NCBI RefSeq assembly: GCF_000497125.1
Contig: NC_090601.1
Coordinates: forward strand, 806,001 to 870,000
Direction: 5' to 3'
DNA length: 64,000 nucleotides
From: Spironucleus salmonicida
Lineage: Eukaryota
The position numbers were made by a program, and so were the translations under genes. How positions within the stretch are numbered: position 1 is the first letter of the stretch; each line of letters starts with the position of its first letter. Positions 10,801 to 24,165 of the stretch are shown here, piece after piece. Below the pieces are notes generated by a model that was given only the letters and a program-made list of their open reading frames with translations, was not told where the DNA came from and searched no databases.

Positions 10801-13496
10801 TTATTATTTATGTAACCACGCGACGTTTTTCGTTACTTTATAGTCTCCTATTTTTACAGTTCCATTTACAGCTTAACATAAGTATCTTAAAGTTTAAATT
10901 TCTATAGGGTATAAGTAGACACTATTTTATCATGCTCTAGGGTTTCTAATAATAAGTGGAGCTCTAAAAGCACCTACTGGGATATTTCGTTAAACTCAAG
11001 TTGTACAGAATGTCGACGAATACCTATAACAGTAAATTCATACGGAAAGAGCTCGCGTAGTTTTTCTTCAGTGAAGTTCTCGGACTCGAAGTTGAAGGTA
11101 AGTGAGTAGCCCTAAAACATTTACCGCACCTGGGGTAGCGTTTGGTTATGCTAGAATATCGCCCCGCGGTCTATGAAGTTGATTTTCTGCGCAATCTCCT
11201 CAACCTCCGTCATGTCGTGTGTAGTCAAAACTACCGAGCATTCGATCTTGCGAACAATCTCCCAGATCTTTCGTTTCAATATTGGGTCCACCCCAGCCGA
11301 AATTTCGTCGAACATGACGAGGTTGTTTGAGCCAACGATGGCGTTACAGCAGGCGAGTCTTCTCAGCATACCGCCACTGAGCCTCTTGGCGGTTCTTCGT
11401 TGAACGGACGGCGACTCTAGCCCTATAGTCGCGAGAAGGTCCTGGATGATAGCGCTCTACTCGGCGATTGATATCTTAGCACCAGTCCGGTATTGTCTGA
11501 GGCTGAAGGAAAACGCTACATTATTCAACACCGACATATCCAGGAAGACGTTGCTAAAGTCTTAGGGGCAGTAGCCGGTAAAGGGCTTTACCAAGTAAGC
11601 ATGAATCGAGTTTGTGAGGTCGAATGTTCCAAAAACAGTTGAGCTGCAAGAAGCCTACCTGTCCAACTGAACATCACCGGCGATCGCCCCAAGTAGGGTT
11701 GACTTTCCTGCGGAAGTTTCGCCAATGACTGCCGAGGATCCCTCTAGCAGCGAAAAACTACAGTTAGCAAGGCCAACTATTTTACTACGGCGCCAGACTT
11801 TCCATTTTCCTTTATATGTAACAGAAATGTTCTACAGATTAACATGGTTAGAATCTGGCACCAGCCTCCGCCATTACCATAGGTCCTTTTTCAAGAAGAA
11901 AAGTGGATGCAGACCATAGAAACCCTTTTCAGGAATTACATGGGCGAGGTAGATAATGAAAAGGAAAAAGAAAGCAGCAGAGAATCCCAGCACTAGGTAG
12001 AGATGCCAGTAGGTCACGTGCTGATATTTGCATATATGTCCAGCGTCTATGTTCTGGAGAATGCATAAGAATTACTTGGTACCTTATGTCGTAAGGAAGT
12101 TCAATGAAACAAGCGTTTATTAGGGTTTCCAGATGTAGCTACTCACATACTAGCTCTTTATATCCTTGCTTAGCGCAAAATACATGGAGTCATACACCAT
12201 GACTACTCCAAAAATCGGAACTAGAAAGGTAACTGTCCAGGTAATAGCCTAAGGAAGCATGGAAGGATCGAAGAATGTTGTTGAGAAAAATAAAGCCTAG
12301 TGGAAAACTATGGGCAGTAAGATCATCGCAAGACACATTATGCACACAAAAATAATTACACGCGTGCGCTAGCTACCAAAAATCACAGATATAAAATTTA
12401 CACCAACCGAGATAATTAAAGCAGATGCCAGAGCCGCCACCATGCAGAAACCAACAGTAATACCGGAAAAAGGCAATATGCCGACATAGTGGCCAAAGAC
12501 GAAGAAGGTTTCAGTGGATACCAAGGTTGGGACAAAAGTGAAAACCATAGCAGTAGTATAGAAAGAATGATGTAGCACTCCTAACCGCTTAAGAACCACA
12601 TGGATATTATCTCTGTTCTGCGTTGCGATGAAAGCTGCCATAAGAATGATAACAGTAAGCGAAAGCGAGTTAGCGATGCTAAAAAGAAGGTTGATATTCA
12701 TCACATTATCAACGCGTTGTTTCAATGGCTCTAGAAAGTTATAACTAATATGATAGTCTACTTTTGCGAAATAATCTACTAAATACTAATCGATTTACGT
12801 CTAAAGAGCTATTCCGTAACCTGTCCAAAATGCTTTCTTCCAACCAAATGTGAATTACTAAAACAATGGATCAGGCTATTCTACCAGTAATTTTTCTAAA
12901 AACGAATTGTTCACAACCACCTCGACCGTAAGGTTGAGCGGCATGTTCTAAATCATTTCCTCTGACTGTAGAATGTTAATATGAATGAATATTTCGTCAT
13001 TCAGGAGCGGACCTGAATATTATGGATACCTATTATGTAGATCGTCCTAGAAAGTATCTAAAAATGTGGAATTGCATGTATCCGCTACCTGCAATACATC
13101 ATCGCAGAATACCTACCTAGCAAATTCTACATCAAAACTTTGGTTAGTAAAAAGGTTCTTCTTAGCGAAGTAGCTATTTGCCTCCTCTGGAGACTCGAAG
13201 AATCTCGTTCGGTGGCCCTTAAGGCCATTTTTCGCTAGAACGAAGTCCAGCAAATCTCTTGTTAGCTCAGTGTTCGGAGAGGCTGACAGATAAACGAAAT
13301 TTTCGTTTTATGGAAGTTTCGGCAAGGTCGGTATGTCGATGTTTACTGAGTGGGAAGTAAACAGACTGTTAGAGATGAGAAATATCATGCCCGAAAGGCC
13401 TATCGCCATGAGAAGTGGCAGAATGAGTTATGCTACCACGATTACTGTCAGCGACTTCGCCCTAAATAGGAAAAACTAGCTTAAAGGCTTGTTCAT
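7890..13496 (-). CDS. Full-length ABCA-subfamily ABC transporter (TMD-NBD-TMD-NBD), 1868 aa
   Basis: Code-6 ORF of 5607 nt, all track fragments in frame; NBD1 GETSAGKST/LSGGMLRRL/VMFDEISAGVD/LTTH; NBD2 GSNGSGKST/LSGGIRRKL/IALDEPSTG/ITTH; large extracellular loop after the first TM of each half. Confidence 0.92.
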
Positions 13497-14969
13497 TTAT
13501 TATAATAATTAATTTTAACTATTTATATGTATACTCAAAATAAAATATATGCTTCGTCAAAAAATAGTACTAATATAGTTATGGGTCATAATAAGCTAAC
13601 TCGATGCTAAATATAATTCATTGAAATTTTTATATAGAATAACTTGTATTTAATAATAAGTTAAAAAAATTTTACATAGAAATATTATAAATTAACTATC
13701 TTGTATTATATTTATTCATTAAATTATTATTACTTTTCATATTTATAATTAATACTACTTTAACTAAATTATTTAATAAAAAATAATTAATTTTTTATAT
13801 CTAATATTTTTACACAAATATATAATAATAAACCTAAAAATGAACAACCTCTAATTTATAAGTTATCCTAAATAATAACATAATCATTCTTCTATATTTC
13901 ATTATATTATATAATGTATTTATTTTTAACTACAAAATAATTGTATATTTTTATTATTATAATACTGGGATATGATAACTACCCTATAATATAGAGTAAT
14001 GTAAAGCAAACATACGCTACTTCATCAAGTAAAATATATTAAAATCACATAAAAATTCAGAATGTTTATAGTTTTAATTATATAATATGAATAAGTACTT
14101 AAATAATAATCAAAAGTATTTTATTTAGAGGTACATTCATTATTTTTACTTAGTTTATAGCTTATTCGTCAGATCTATATTAATTTACTAAAATAATATC
14201 ATTTTCTATTTTTAATTTTTAAAGTAATAGTATTCAGTACAACATGAACAATACTATACACCAAATCGAAAAATTGCATTTGCCCTAAATATATTTTTGT
14301 GAAAAACTGAATTTATTTTATAACTGCTTACTCAGATGGATATAAAATTTTTATGATAATCATTCATCATTACATGTAGTTTGTTAGGTATATTCTTAAA
14401 ATATAATTTCATAGTAATTATACTATTTAAAAATATTCACAAATAAAGGAACGTATAATCTAGATTAAATTTGCGAAAATTAAACTATCAAGAAAATAAG
14501 TTTAAGATAATAAACAACGATCTCTGAAACTATTTTTAGTAAGAATTGTTAAATAATGAAGTAATACCGTTTAGATGTGTGTTCATATCTGTAAATTTAA
14601 GTCTTACTTATTTAGATTAACGCGCGACTACCATTCAGTAAATATAATATCATTGAAAATAACCATCTAATCGAGGAAATAAATTCCTCATTTGCTAAGA
14701 ATTAAAATTTTACGTGCAATATTAAAACTATTCACAATTAATAATTAATATTCCTTAATCATCAACACTCACTAAAGTCAATTTATACAAATAATCTACA
14801 TTTAATATGATTGATATAAATGTTAAAACTATTTAGGCATATCATTTAATGAAGATAAATGAAACATAAATATTCATCATATATTTCCGAGAACCAAACC
14901 TATAAACACTTTCCAAAGTAAAATATACATTGTGGTTTACTCATCTTTTACAAATATTTAGCACATAGT

Positions 14970-15842
14970 ATGTTATATATTAATATAAAATTATAATATT
15001 ATCTTTCCTTTAATAATGCTGGGTTTCGCTCTGTCTTCTGCACCTATGCAGGTTTAGTCAGCCAGACGCCCCAGTATTATCCACCTCGACCAAAACAATC
15101 TCCCAAAGATAAAATTGCAGAGGCTGCGCAATATACCTTATAGAGTGGAGATTGGTCGCGACGAGCTCATTATGCCAATGACGATGTGAGTCCCTTAATT
15201 ATCATACCTATTTGGCACCTTCACTTTAACAAAAATATACCAGAGGTATACCATCGTAATCTCCGATTACTTCCTTGCCTTATACACCAAATTTGCTTTG
15301 ACGCGTACGACGAGCTGACGCAACCACCCATGCATAATATGACTATTAAAAGGATAAAACTTAATTTGATTGAAAGAATCCCTCAGTTGGTCAATAATAT
15401 CTTCAACTATGGGATAAAGCGCGTATGCAAATGGTGGCACACGCGATTATTTTCCTACGGAAAACACTCAAAATAACTCCAATGCCTCTTCTAACGATTT
15501 CATAATCCTACTGGTGGTCAGCCCTTTCAGATACACAATGAACTTGTACTCCAAAACAATTTCCGTATACTAAACCCAAATTTACTCAATCTCCGCGAGG
15601 TCCAAATCAACGATACCTACTTCACCGCTGGACCTCAAAATTGCACACGCACTTGCTATATCAGTTCATTACGCTTTCCTTAAACGTGGACCAGCACTCC
15701 ATCAGAGATTAGCGTGCAGCCATCATTTATTCCTGCACCTATGTTATGGCGTCGAAAAAAGTAGTTAATGGAGGTATGTATCGGCGTTATATTTTATTCG
15801 AATGTAAGAATGATATCTTTGTCGTAAAAGTTTTGCTGTTGA
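14970..15842 (+). CDS. Hypothetical ORF, 290 aa
   Basis: Code-6 ORF containing track ORF 15186-15476, raised GC; no recognisable motif, and long ORFs arise easily with one stop codon. Confidence 0.25.
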
Positions 15843-16335
15843 AAGTGAAAATATTGATGTCGGCCGGCACCGTTTTTGATGAGATTGTGGACAATTTCCT
15901 TAGAGCGATTTAGATTATTGCTAGAAATTAATGATTTTGCCAATGACCATTCAAAGGTCAGACCGAGTCTGATATCTAGTTTAGCTGTACTTACGAGCTT
16001 TCTGAGGGTAGTGTAATTTAAATTAATAATACTATGCTTAAATTGAATACTGGGTATATAGATAATTATATGCTAAGTTTTTATCATGAAAGTCTACTAG
16101 TTTTACTATTCAATCGTATTTTGATCATTGTCCAGTGTACTCACAGAAATAGCTCAGCTGAACACCACAATTAACACAAACCTTAACACCACATACATCA
16201 TCAGGCATATGTAGTTACAGTATCCCGCATTACCTTATTTGTATATTTCTTAGAAGTTTTTATTTTCTTTACGAATTGCACCATAATATCTAAGGCTAAT
16301 CAGTACAGGAAACCTGACTATTTCGCGCGTAGTCA

Positions 16336-17040
16336 ATGACAAAAACAGAACTCAGCAGCTTAGATTATCACCAATTTTATCCAGTCATTTACTCAGCATC
16401 AGCCTTTGCATCGAATACAGCAGATTGTACGACTTGCAGACAATCCTATTACGATATTTCCAATATTCTAAACTAAACTTCCTCTTCGTTATATCATCAA
16501 AAGAAACATCCAAAACCTGAACATATCACTAAACACCATTTTCGCCAATTTTTCAAATCCAAGCGTCACCTCCACAATTAGCGCAACGAGCACTTAATCC
16601 TGTAATTTACCAGCATCCTCTAGATTAACCTGGACCAAAATTTCACTATTTTTGCGATCATCCTGCGTAAAAATCGCAGGTTTCCTGCATATTTCCTGCA
16701 TGGAAACTGCAAAATTGCAAAAATTAAACTTGGCGTCCTTTTGCAAAATTATCTCTAGCGGGCAAAAATTGCAGCCTCTACCGGCCGGAAAAGCGCTAAA
16801 ACGGCACTTTCCGCTCCTAATTTGATGGAAAGAACGCCTGTCGAACGCGAGTTCTAGCGGGATTTTTGTGTAAAATTAGATGAATTTTTGGCCTAAAAGT
16901 ACGATTTTGAGCGTCAGGAAAAATTGTCTGAAGCGGTTGCGATTCGCATGAAAAGGTGGGAACTCTGGTCGGTGAGAAGTTTTGGGGCATAATGTGTCAG
17001 GATAGTAGAAGGGTCGAATATGAGTTTTGTGAGGGTGTGA
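16336..17040 (+). CDS. Hypothetical ORF, 234 aa, overlapping a strand-skew element
   Basis: Code-6 ORF only; no recognisable family; may be a by-product of the G-poor strand. Confidence 0.2.
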
Positions 17041-17074
17041 AAATAGCGATTTGTGCTGATAGTGGAGGGTGGGG

Positions 17075-17175
17075 ATTGTATATAATTTTATATAATCTTA
17101 TATAAATTGATATAATTATATATGAATGAATATAATTGCAGATAATTGTATATAATTGATATTGAGATAAAATTA
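17075..17175. repeat. Degenerate ~10-bp AT minisatellite (TATATAATTG-like)
   Basis: attgtatataattttatataatcttatataaattgatataattatatatg...ataattgcagataattgtatataattgat. Confidence 0.5.
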
Positions 17176-18812
17176 ATAATAGTGATTTTGCACAAAATAA
17201 GTGCGTAGAAATGTTGTTAGTTAGGCAGCTGGGCCTGAGTTAAAAAATAAGGATTTGTCAAAAGTTCATTTATAGAAAGTTCAGGTGAACGGGAATGAAT
17301 AAAATCATGATGCGAGTGATAAAGTTGAAAATGGAACTAAAAAGTTATAGTTAAGATGGTTATGGTTAACTGTGATCGAATACTTAGGATTTTCTGCAAT
17401 GGAATGTTGACTTATTTCTGACGAGATAGCATATTGGTCATGCAGTTGGTTTACTTTCAGTGATAGGCAATATCTTCAATAGAAGAAAATATTCTTAAAA
17501 ATAAAAAATCGTAGTCCAAATGTTAATCTGCCTCATTATTTGCAAACATATGTAAGATATTAGAAAGATTAATGTATCTTAAACATGGTCATACTATGTT
17601 GTGGTTGAATCTAATATGTATTATAATAAGCTTTTTTTGGGGTTCCTTTTTAAAGTAATGATTGTTCATTTACATTTAACGTATATAATTTTATATAATA
17701 TCTATTACTACTGCTTTGCTTCAAAAATTAAATCTGTAAAATGCGTGCGTTCATTAATTTTTTTTCTATAACTCAGAACCTTCTTGCATGATTGTTTATT
17801 GCAAATTTAAATCAATTAAATAAACTTCTTTGAATGTATGTATCATTCGGTTATTCTTTACTAACATTCTGTAAAAATGATAGCATTGGCATATATTATT
17901 GTATAAGATTATTATCCCTAATTCCATAATTAATTACTAGTGTATTATAGTTTATATTGTACCTTCGTTACATAATTCGATGAAGTGATTGAACGTTTCA
18001 TTGTTGCATAGCTGCAATTGTGTATCATTAGCATAACAACTAACACTTATAATTTTACTTTTAGTAGAATGCTACTATTTAACTAGAAAACTATTATATA
18101 TGAATTGCTAAATCTTTATAATACAAGTCAAACAATTAGTTTTCTCATTCATATCTTAAAAATATCTAATTTAACATTAAACCTTTATTATTAATAGAAC
18201 ATAACTGTATTATTGCTGTTTAGTTTTACGAAGAATCAAATTTTGTAAGCTAATCTATATTACTTAGTTTTTTTACTAAATAAATTAAATATAAATTTTG
18301 CTAAATTAAGAGAAATAAAGAAATATAAGTCATAATACTAAAATTTATAAATAAGTTTCTCTATTAAATTTCTTTAAAAACTAGAAAAAACTTGTTACCA
18401 TTGTGATTAAATTAGTATTTTTATGGTTAAAAATGAAACCCAAAAATACTAACTACTGTTAATTTGAAAATTATTAATACTTTTTATTCGAAACTTCAGA
18501 ATCTAAAATAATTGTATTGTTAATTAATATAAGTTTTGATATTAAGATTTTTATTATTATAAATAACTTGAAATAATAATAATAAATTCAACTATTAATA
18601 GAATCTAATACATTATTTTTCCTACTAATTTAATATAATTCAATTAACACCAATTAAAATTTACGTAGGTATAAAGTAATATACAATAATAATAGTATAT
18701 ATATAAAAACTTTTTAACATGCTTGATTATATGTAGTCTATTGTAATTAAAAACTTTCTACAACACTTTTATATTAGATTTAATGACTATTATTAAAATT
18801 AATAATTTTAAA

Positions 18813-20447
18813 ATGATGATCGTCTTACAATTTTCTTGTTTTAATTCTTCATCCTCAGTTGAGTACAATTACATATCTGCATCAGTCATATTTACAGCAT
18901 ATCCTCAATAAATAAAAAGTGAAATTTGTCAATATCTAGAAGGAAAAATTGCTATACCCACGCTAGCTTTAGGTAAAATTACATTTGTAGCTTCTCAAAT
19001 AGTGTTTTCATCTGATGAAAGATTAGTGTTGCGTTTAGAATGTCCAGCTGCTCCATGTATAGAAGAATGTAAACCCCCTATTGACATACCAAAATGTTAA
19101 TCGTGTAAAAATGCACGTTAAGCTGCATGTAAAGAGGCTGCAACAGCATCTATATCACAGATAACTTTTGATTTCCATACTGAAAGAATGTTAATGTAAT
19201 TCACACCTAGCATTTATTAGATCTTATCTTTTGATTCAGGAAATTGTTACGCAGAATATACATTATTGTACAGCTAAGAAAAACTAGTGTTTTCTGGAGT
19301 TCCCTTCCTTTGTATACTAGAACTCTCGGATAAAGTGAAAGGTCTAATGGCTTCTAAAACTTGCAAAGATCCGATAGATGGCATACCTCAGGATTGTCCT
19401 TGGGTTTAATTATTATTAAACGGTGATGCTATAAGCATTTAGCCTTATTATGAAGTAAATTTATTAGGAATGGGGCAGATTGACGTCGAATGCGATAAAG
19501 TTCTAGCTTCCGATTAGTTGAAATGTAGAAATTTTATGAAAGTAATAAATAGTAATTAGGAAAGTTTTGTTGAGTTTCAGTTAGCAGTTGCTGTAGAAAG
19601 GAATATAGGTAAAATGAAAACTATAGATATGCCTATTAATACTGCTATTTATTATAAAGGATCTGCTTAAATTGAGGAAGTACTTACTGTTTTAGATTGC
19701 TTCAAAGATGTTACAGTTTTAATGTACGAAGATCATATAGAAATATAATTAGTATTAAATTAAGCACCAACTTAATGCCCTAAAAAGAATTTTGATCGTG
19801 TAGAGATTGAAATATACGGTTCTACAGACGGTTATTATACTCTATAAAATTCGAACATTATAATAGACGAAAAAACGAGTAAGATATTCATGAATTCTAG
19901 CAATGCTGGGAACTAAACTGAATATGAAAATAATTTAACAATTGCATTACGTGGATAAAGAAAAAATCAACAAATGATATTACTTTTTATTTAAGATAAT
20001 CAAATTATGCTATAGTAAGAATTTAAAGTAAATGATAATTAAGAAACATAAAGAAACGCTATATTAACAGTACTTGATGAATAAATTTGTATATAGGCTA
20101 CCTAATTACCATGGTCCCCAGAAAAGTCTGGTACTATTATATTATAAATACAGGTAGAATTTTATAATCTAGTTTGGTAGTAATAGATTTAATAATCAAA
20201 CGAACCGTATTGTTATAAATTAAACCATAATGATGCAAATAATATTTATCATTTAATATCATAAGAAAATAATGATATAACTATAACTATTGACAATGAA
20301 ACTATTCCTATGTCCAGGTATGTTAGCTACCTCACCCCACGTATATTATGGAAGCAAGGTCTCATAATATTTTTAGGCAATTTAATGTTTACCATTTTAA
20401 TATGTATAATTCATCTTACAAGATTGCATAAAATAAAAATTAAGTGA
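18813..20447 (+). CDS. Cys-containing type-I membrane protein, 544 aa (AT-rich paralog of 26745-28394)
   Basis: MMIVLQFSCFNSSSSVEY...LVLRLECP...GVPFLC...PQDCPWV aligns along its length with 26745-28394; C-terminal TM; ends AAG-TGA. Confidence 0.88.
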
Positions 20448-21729
20448 AGTTTTCTATGTAACAAGTAATTTCTATAATCCTATAGGCCGTGTATATCTAA
20501 TTTATTCAGCGTTACTATCTGTCTAAAATGCAAGCATCCTATCATAAAAATGCATCTAAAATTACCTAAGGTGCAATCCAGGAGTTTAAAATATGATATA
20601 ATAAAAAGTTAAATTTTGAAACTAAGAAATATGTATTTAATTATAAGTGCAGTATTTTTCATAACTCGGGAATAAGCGATCTATCCGATTTATATATCGA
20701 TAGTATTCTAATAGTTGTTTTCATATTTGGTCCGTTTTTAGTATAAAAAATCGTATATTTTCAAATCAAATTAAGCCTACTACCAATACTTAAATTAACA
20801 GCGCTGATATGTTAATTTAGCATCCTCAAGGCGTATACAGAAACTCGACATGGAGCTCGACTACCCAATTCAGCCTTAGCTCAATTTTATTCTGTATGCT
20901 AAACCAGGCATTTAAAGTCAAATCAGGCACTTAAACGCCAAATCAAGCGGGCTTTGCTCCAGCACATCGAAACAGCGCGCTATTCAGAATTTAATCAATC
21001 AACACTGTCAGATCGCGCCCAATTTCTCGCTATTCTCAACGATTCAACGCCATTCCAAATCCTGTCTTTGGAGCGGCAAACGCCCTTCCTAAAATGAACG
21101 TTCCGCATAGCGTTCGGGCCACGCTACAAAGCATCACCCCGGTCTCCGCAGGTTATCCGCAGAGCGTTCTTACTGCTAGGGGAACGAGGGAGCGGCTCAG
21201 GCCCATGGTGCAAGTGTCTCAAAACGCCGAAATCCGCCTCGATTTCGTCGTTTACGGCGCTGCAAAAAGGCGCAGAAAGTGAGCAAATTCTCGAGTTTTG
21301 GCTGCTCTAAAATTCTGCTTCGCAGGCTGCAATTGAAAAGGTTGGATGTGGATGCAATTTTGGAGGGAATACTGACCGTGCGAATGCGAAAATAAGTTCA
21401 TGAGGTTTATGAGTTTCGGTACATGTGAATTTAAGAGTTTTCATAATAAAGCAAATAAACCGTTTTTGAAAAAGGAGTGAAAAATCAATTTAAAAATGGG
21501 ATTCTGTAGGTAAAATGAGATTTATGGTAGCTTTTGAGCTTAGGCTTAATAGGTGGTTCGTAAGTTACTAGGGGGTTGGCTGGAACAGGTCTTAAGAGTA
21601 ACAAATCGAAAATTTAAAGCTGAACTGATTACAATAGCTATAAAAGCTTTAGTATAAAAATTTGATGTGGAACAGATAAATTCTTAATATGGAGATTTTA
21701 GATATGTATTGTTAGTAATATATTTAAAA

Positions 21730-22270
21730 TTTGATTGGATTTCTGATAGACTTAATAGGGCATAGAGCCAACATTACAATTCATATCTTGGAACAAATTT
21801 ACGGAAGTATAGCGCCAGTATTTCCCTAGTTGGTCAGACCGCATTTTAGTGCAAACGGCAGGACTTATTGGCTGGCAATGACCATTTATGCAGCACAGTC
21901 GTATGCACATGAAATAAGGGTAGCCATACCTAATGGGGGGGCTAGCCGATGTGCATTCACTATCCTACTAATTCAGTTACTAGTATCAAAATAAGCACCT
22001 TCGGTCTTAGTAGGCATAGAAGAAGTTAACGACAATCCCAGTTAAGATTTATCACTTAGTACTTATTTGCTGTCTATAATTGATAAACCAAATTATCCCA
22101 ACCTTAAGTCAAACCAATCTAAAAGTAAAATATCACTTCTTACCTTTCTTGATGAAGTAGAAGGCGAGCCCGCCGCCCACTGCGCCAGCTACCACCAGGA
22201 CCGCGATCACGATGCCCGCCACGGCGCCCCCGGAGAGCTTGTTGGATGAAGACTCCTGCACGGGTAGGAA
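21730..22270. repeat. Inverted duplication of ~2040-2580 (CRMP 3' end plus downstream DNA)
   Basis: Track ORFs 2060-2242(-) and 22067-22249(+) are nearly identical; identity decays beyond ~300 bp from the stop. Confidence 0.9.
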
Positions 22271-23254
22271 GCAGAATGTTCCGACCTTGGAGTACCCAGG
22301 GGCGCAGTCCTCGCATTTATTCTCTTTGAGGACGTAGCCAGGGAGGCAGGTGCCGCAGGCGGTGGGGGCCTTGGGCTTGCACTTGGCATCGGCGAAATCG
22401 TAGTTGGTGGAGTCAATGCAACCAGTGCATACTCCTTTATCGTCGTCGGCACAGGTACACAGGACATCCGTGCATGTTCCTGGCTCTGGTACGGGAACGA
22501 CGGGGCAGGCGAGGCAGTTCTTGGTGGTAACACCGCAATTGCATGCAGTCTGCTACCCAACAGCTCCACAGTCAGCGGCAGCAGAATTAAGGCATGTTTG
22601 GTTGACCTTCAATCCAGCACAAATTGTTGTACAAGTTTGGTCGGTGTTCATCTCGTGGGTATTCTTGCAGGTGGTGCACTGGGTTGCGCTGCTGCAGTTT
22701 GCGCAATCGCCAGAGCAATCAGTGCATCTGTTCCCTATTGCCAACATACTGCAGAACTTTCCAGCTTTACAGGGAGTCTCTGCATCGCACTCGTCTTTGT
22801 CGCATTTAGTCCCCTTGATAACGAATCCATCGTAGCACGCCGAGCAGGTCTCACCAGCATCACATTATTTACAGTTCGCCGGACACGCTTTGCAGGCACC
22901 CCTGGCAAGTCCGAAACCGTCGTCACAGTTTGTGCAAACATCTGCTCCGGTGCAAGTTTAGCAATTTGAGGAGCAGGCGGTACACGCACTATCCTTCAAC
23001 ATGAAACCGTCGTCACAGTTTGTGCAAACGGTGCTAGAAGTGCAAGTGCCGCACCCCGCGGAACAGGCGCTGCATGCGCTACCATCTAAAATGAACCTAG
23101 GTAAGCATTCCGTACAGGTGCCCAGAGCGTCCTTAGTGCAGGTCTTACAACCGGCTACCGTACACTTGGCGCAGTCCTATGACATAGAAGTTAGTTCTCC
23201 TGGACAAACAAAGCCGTCTGGGCAATCTGCACCAGTTTTGCACGTCTCTGGCAT
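22133..23254 (-). CDS. Cysteine-rich membrane protein (CRMP), 373 aa
   Basis: [12 protein letters not shown]... CxxC repeats, TM, KKGKK-TGA; 3' end and downstream DNA nearly identical to those of 1205-2176. Confidence 0.92.
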
Positions 23255-23315
23255 TTTGGTGGAGTGGGAATTCGACTTCACGCCTAGGACATGCGCGGAT
23301 ACTTATATACACCAC
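23255..23315 (-). promoter_or_regulatory. Putative CRMP core promoter: TATATAAG ~50 nt upstream plus C-rich CCCACTCCACCAAA-ATG
   Basis: Similar C-rich leaders precede IFT70 (CCACCACACCAATTCCTACCAAAA-ATG) and CRMP 30442 (CATACCACCCCAAA-ATG). Confidence 0.45.
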
Positions 23316-23595
23316 AACGCAGAGTGCAAGTATAAAGATTCGAACATAATGTTGTGGTTTGCAGAGTATTATTATAGTAATACAATCACGATAGCCTACC
23401 TAATTATCCTGTCGCGAATCACTCAAATTGTTGAAACCGTTTTTGGAGTGGTTTTGAAAGTACGTATATTGGCTAATATACTCGCCCGCCAGGCCACCAG
23501 ACGGGAGCCGCCCTGCCCCCCGCTGGGCTGGTGTGCGCCAATGCATGCTCTGAAGCTGCCCGCGGAACGCTCCGCACTGGCGTATATGAATACCC

Positions 23596-24165
23596 TCACT
23601 GCTTACCTTTCTTGACGAAGTAGTAAGCCAGACCGCCGCCCACTGCGCCCACCACCACCAGGACCGCGATCACGATGCCCGCCACGGCGCCCCCGGATAG
23701 CTTGTTGGCGGAGGATGGGTCTACGTCATTAAAACAGAAGTTCCCGACCTTGGAGTAGCCGGAGGCGCAGTCCTCGCACTTGGCGTCCTTGAGGACGTAC
23801 CCGGGCAGGCAGGTGCCGCAGGTGGTGGGGGCGTTAAGTTTGCACTTTGCTGAATCTAAAGTGGAGTTGGTAGCGTCAATGCAACCGGTCATATATTTGT
23901 AGCTCCATCATCACAGGTACACAGGTAATCGGTGCATGCTCCTACATCTGGTACGGGAACGACGGGACAACCGAGGCAGTTCTTGGCATCAGCCCCGCCA
24001 GCAGCGTTCCATACCTCATGTGCCTTAATTCCTGCGCACTTATTGACACCACTCTAGCTGCCTGCCCCTGTCCACCTAAAACATATTTAGTCATTACCGG
24101 TTATCACTCCTGGACAGACGAAACCTACTGACAACTCATCTCCCGTTTTCTTAATACTGCCTATT
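23596..24165 (-). pseudogene. Degenerate CRMP (intact 3' end, decayed and internally deleted 5' part)
   Basis: 3' ~265 bp identical to 40898-41164; 1-nt deletion gives ATA-TGA at ~23890; upstream KTGDELSVGFVCPG is homologous to the CRMP N-terminus but has lost cysteines and has no ATG. Confidence 0.8.

Noticed and set aside
14244-14810. ~190-codon code-6 ORF in very AT-rich DNA
   Set aside because: Expected by chance with TGA as the only stop; no motif or codon signal
23490-23570. HDV-like ribozyme resemblance (CCCTGCCCCCCGCTGGGCTGG) on the + strand
   Set aside because: No consistent P2 partner, no P1.1 GG, and P3/L3 cannot be built with the required nesting
23520-23585. tRNA-Sec-like CTTCAGA loop on the minus strand
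   Set aside because: No T-loop GTTC, D-arm or acceptor-stem layout
23001-23615. Track ORFs antisense to CRMP and other GC-rich genes (e.g. 23001-23615, 31541-32266, 1156-1665, 27633-28172, 43986-44804)
   Set aside because: Shadow or alternative-frame ORFs of real genes; no independent support
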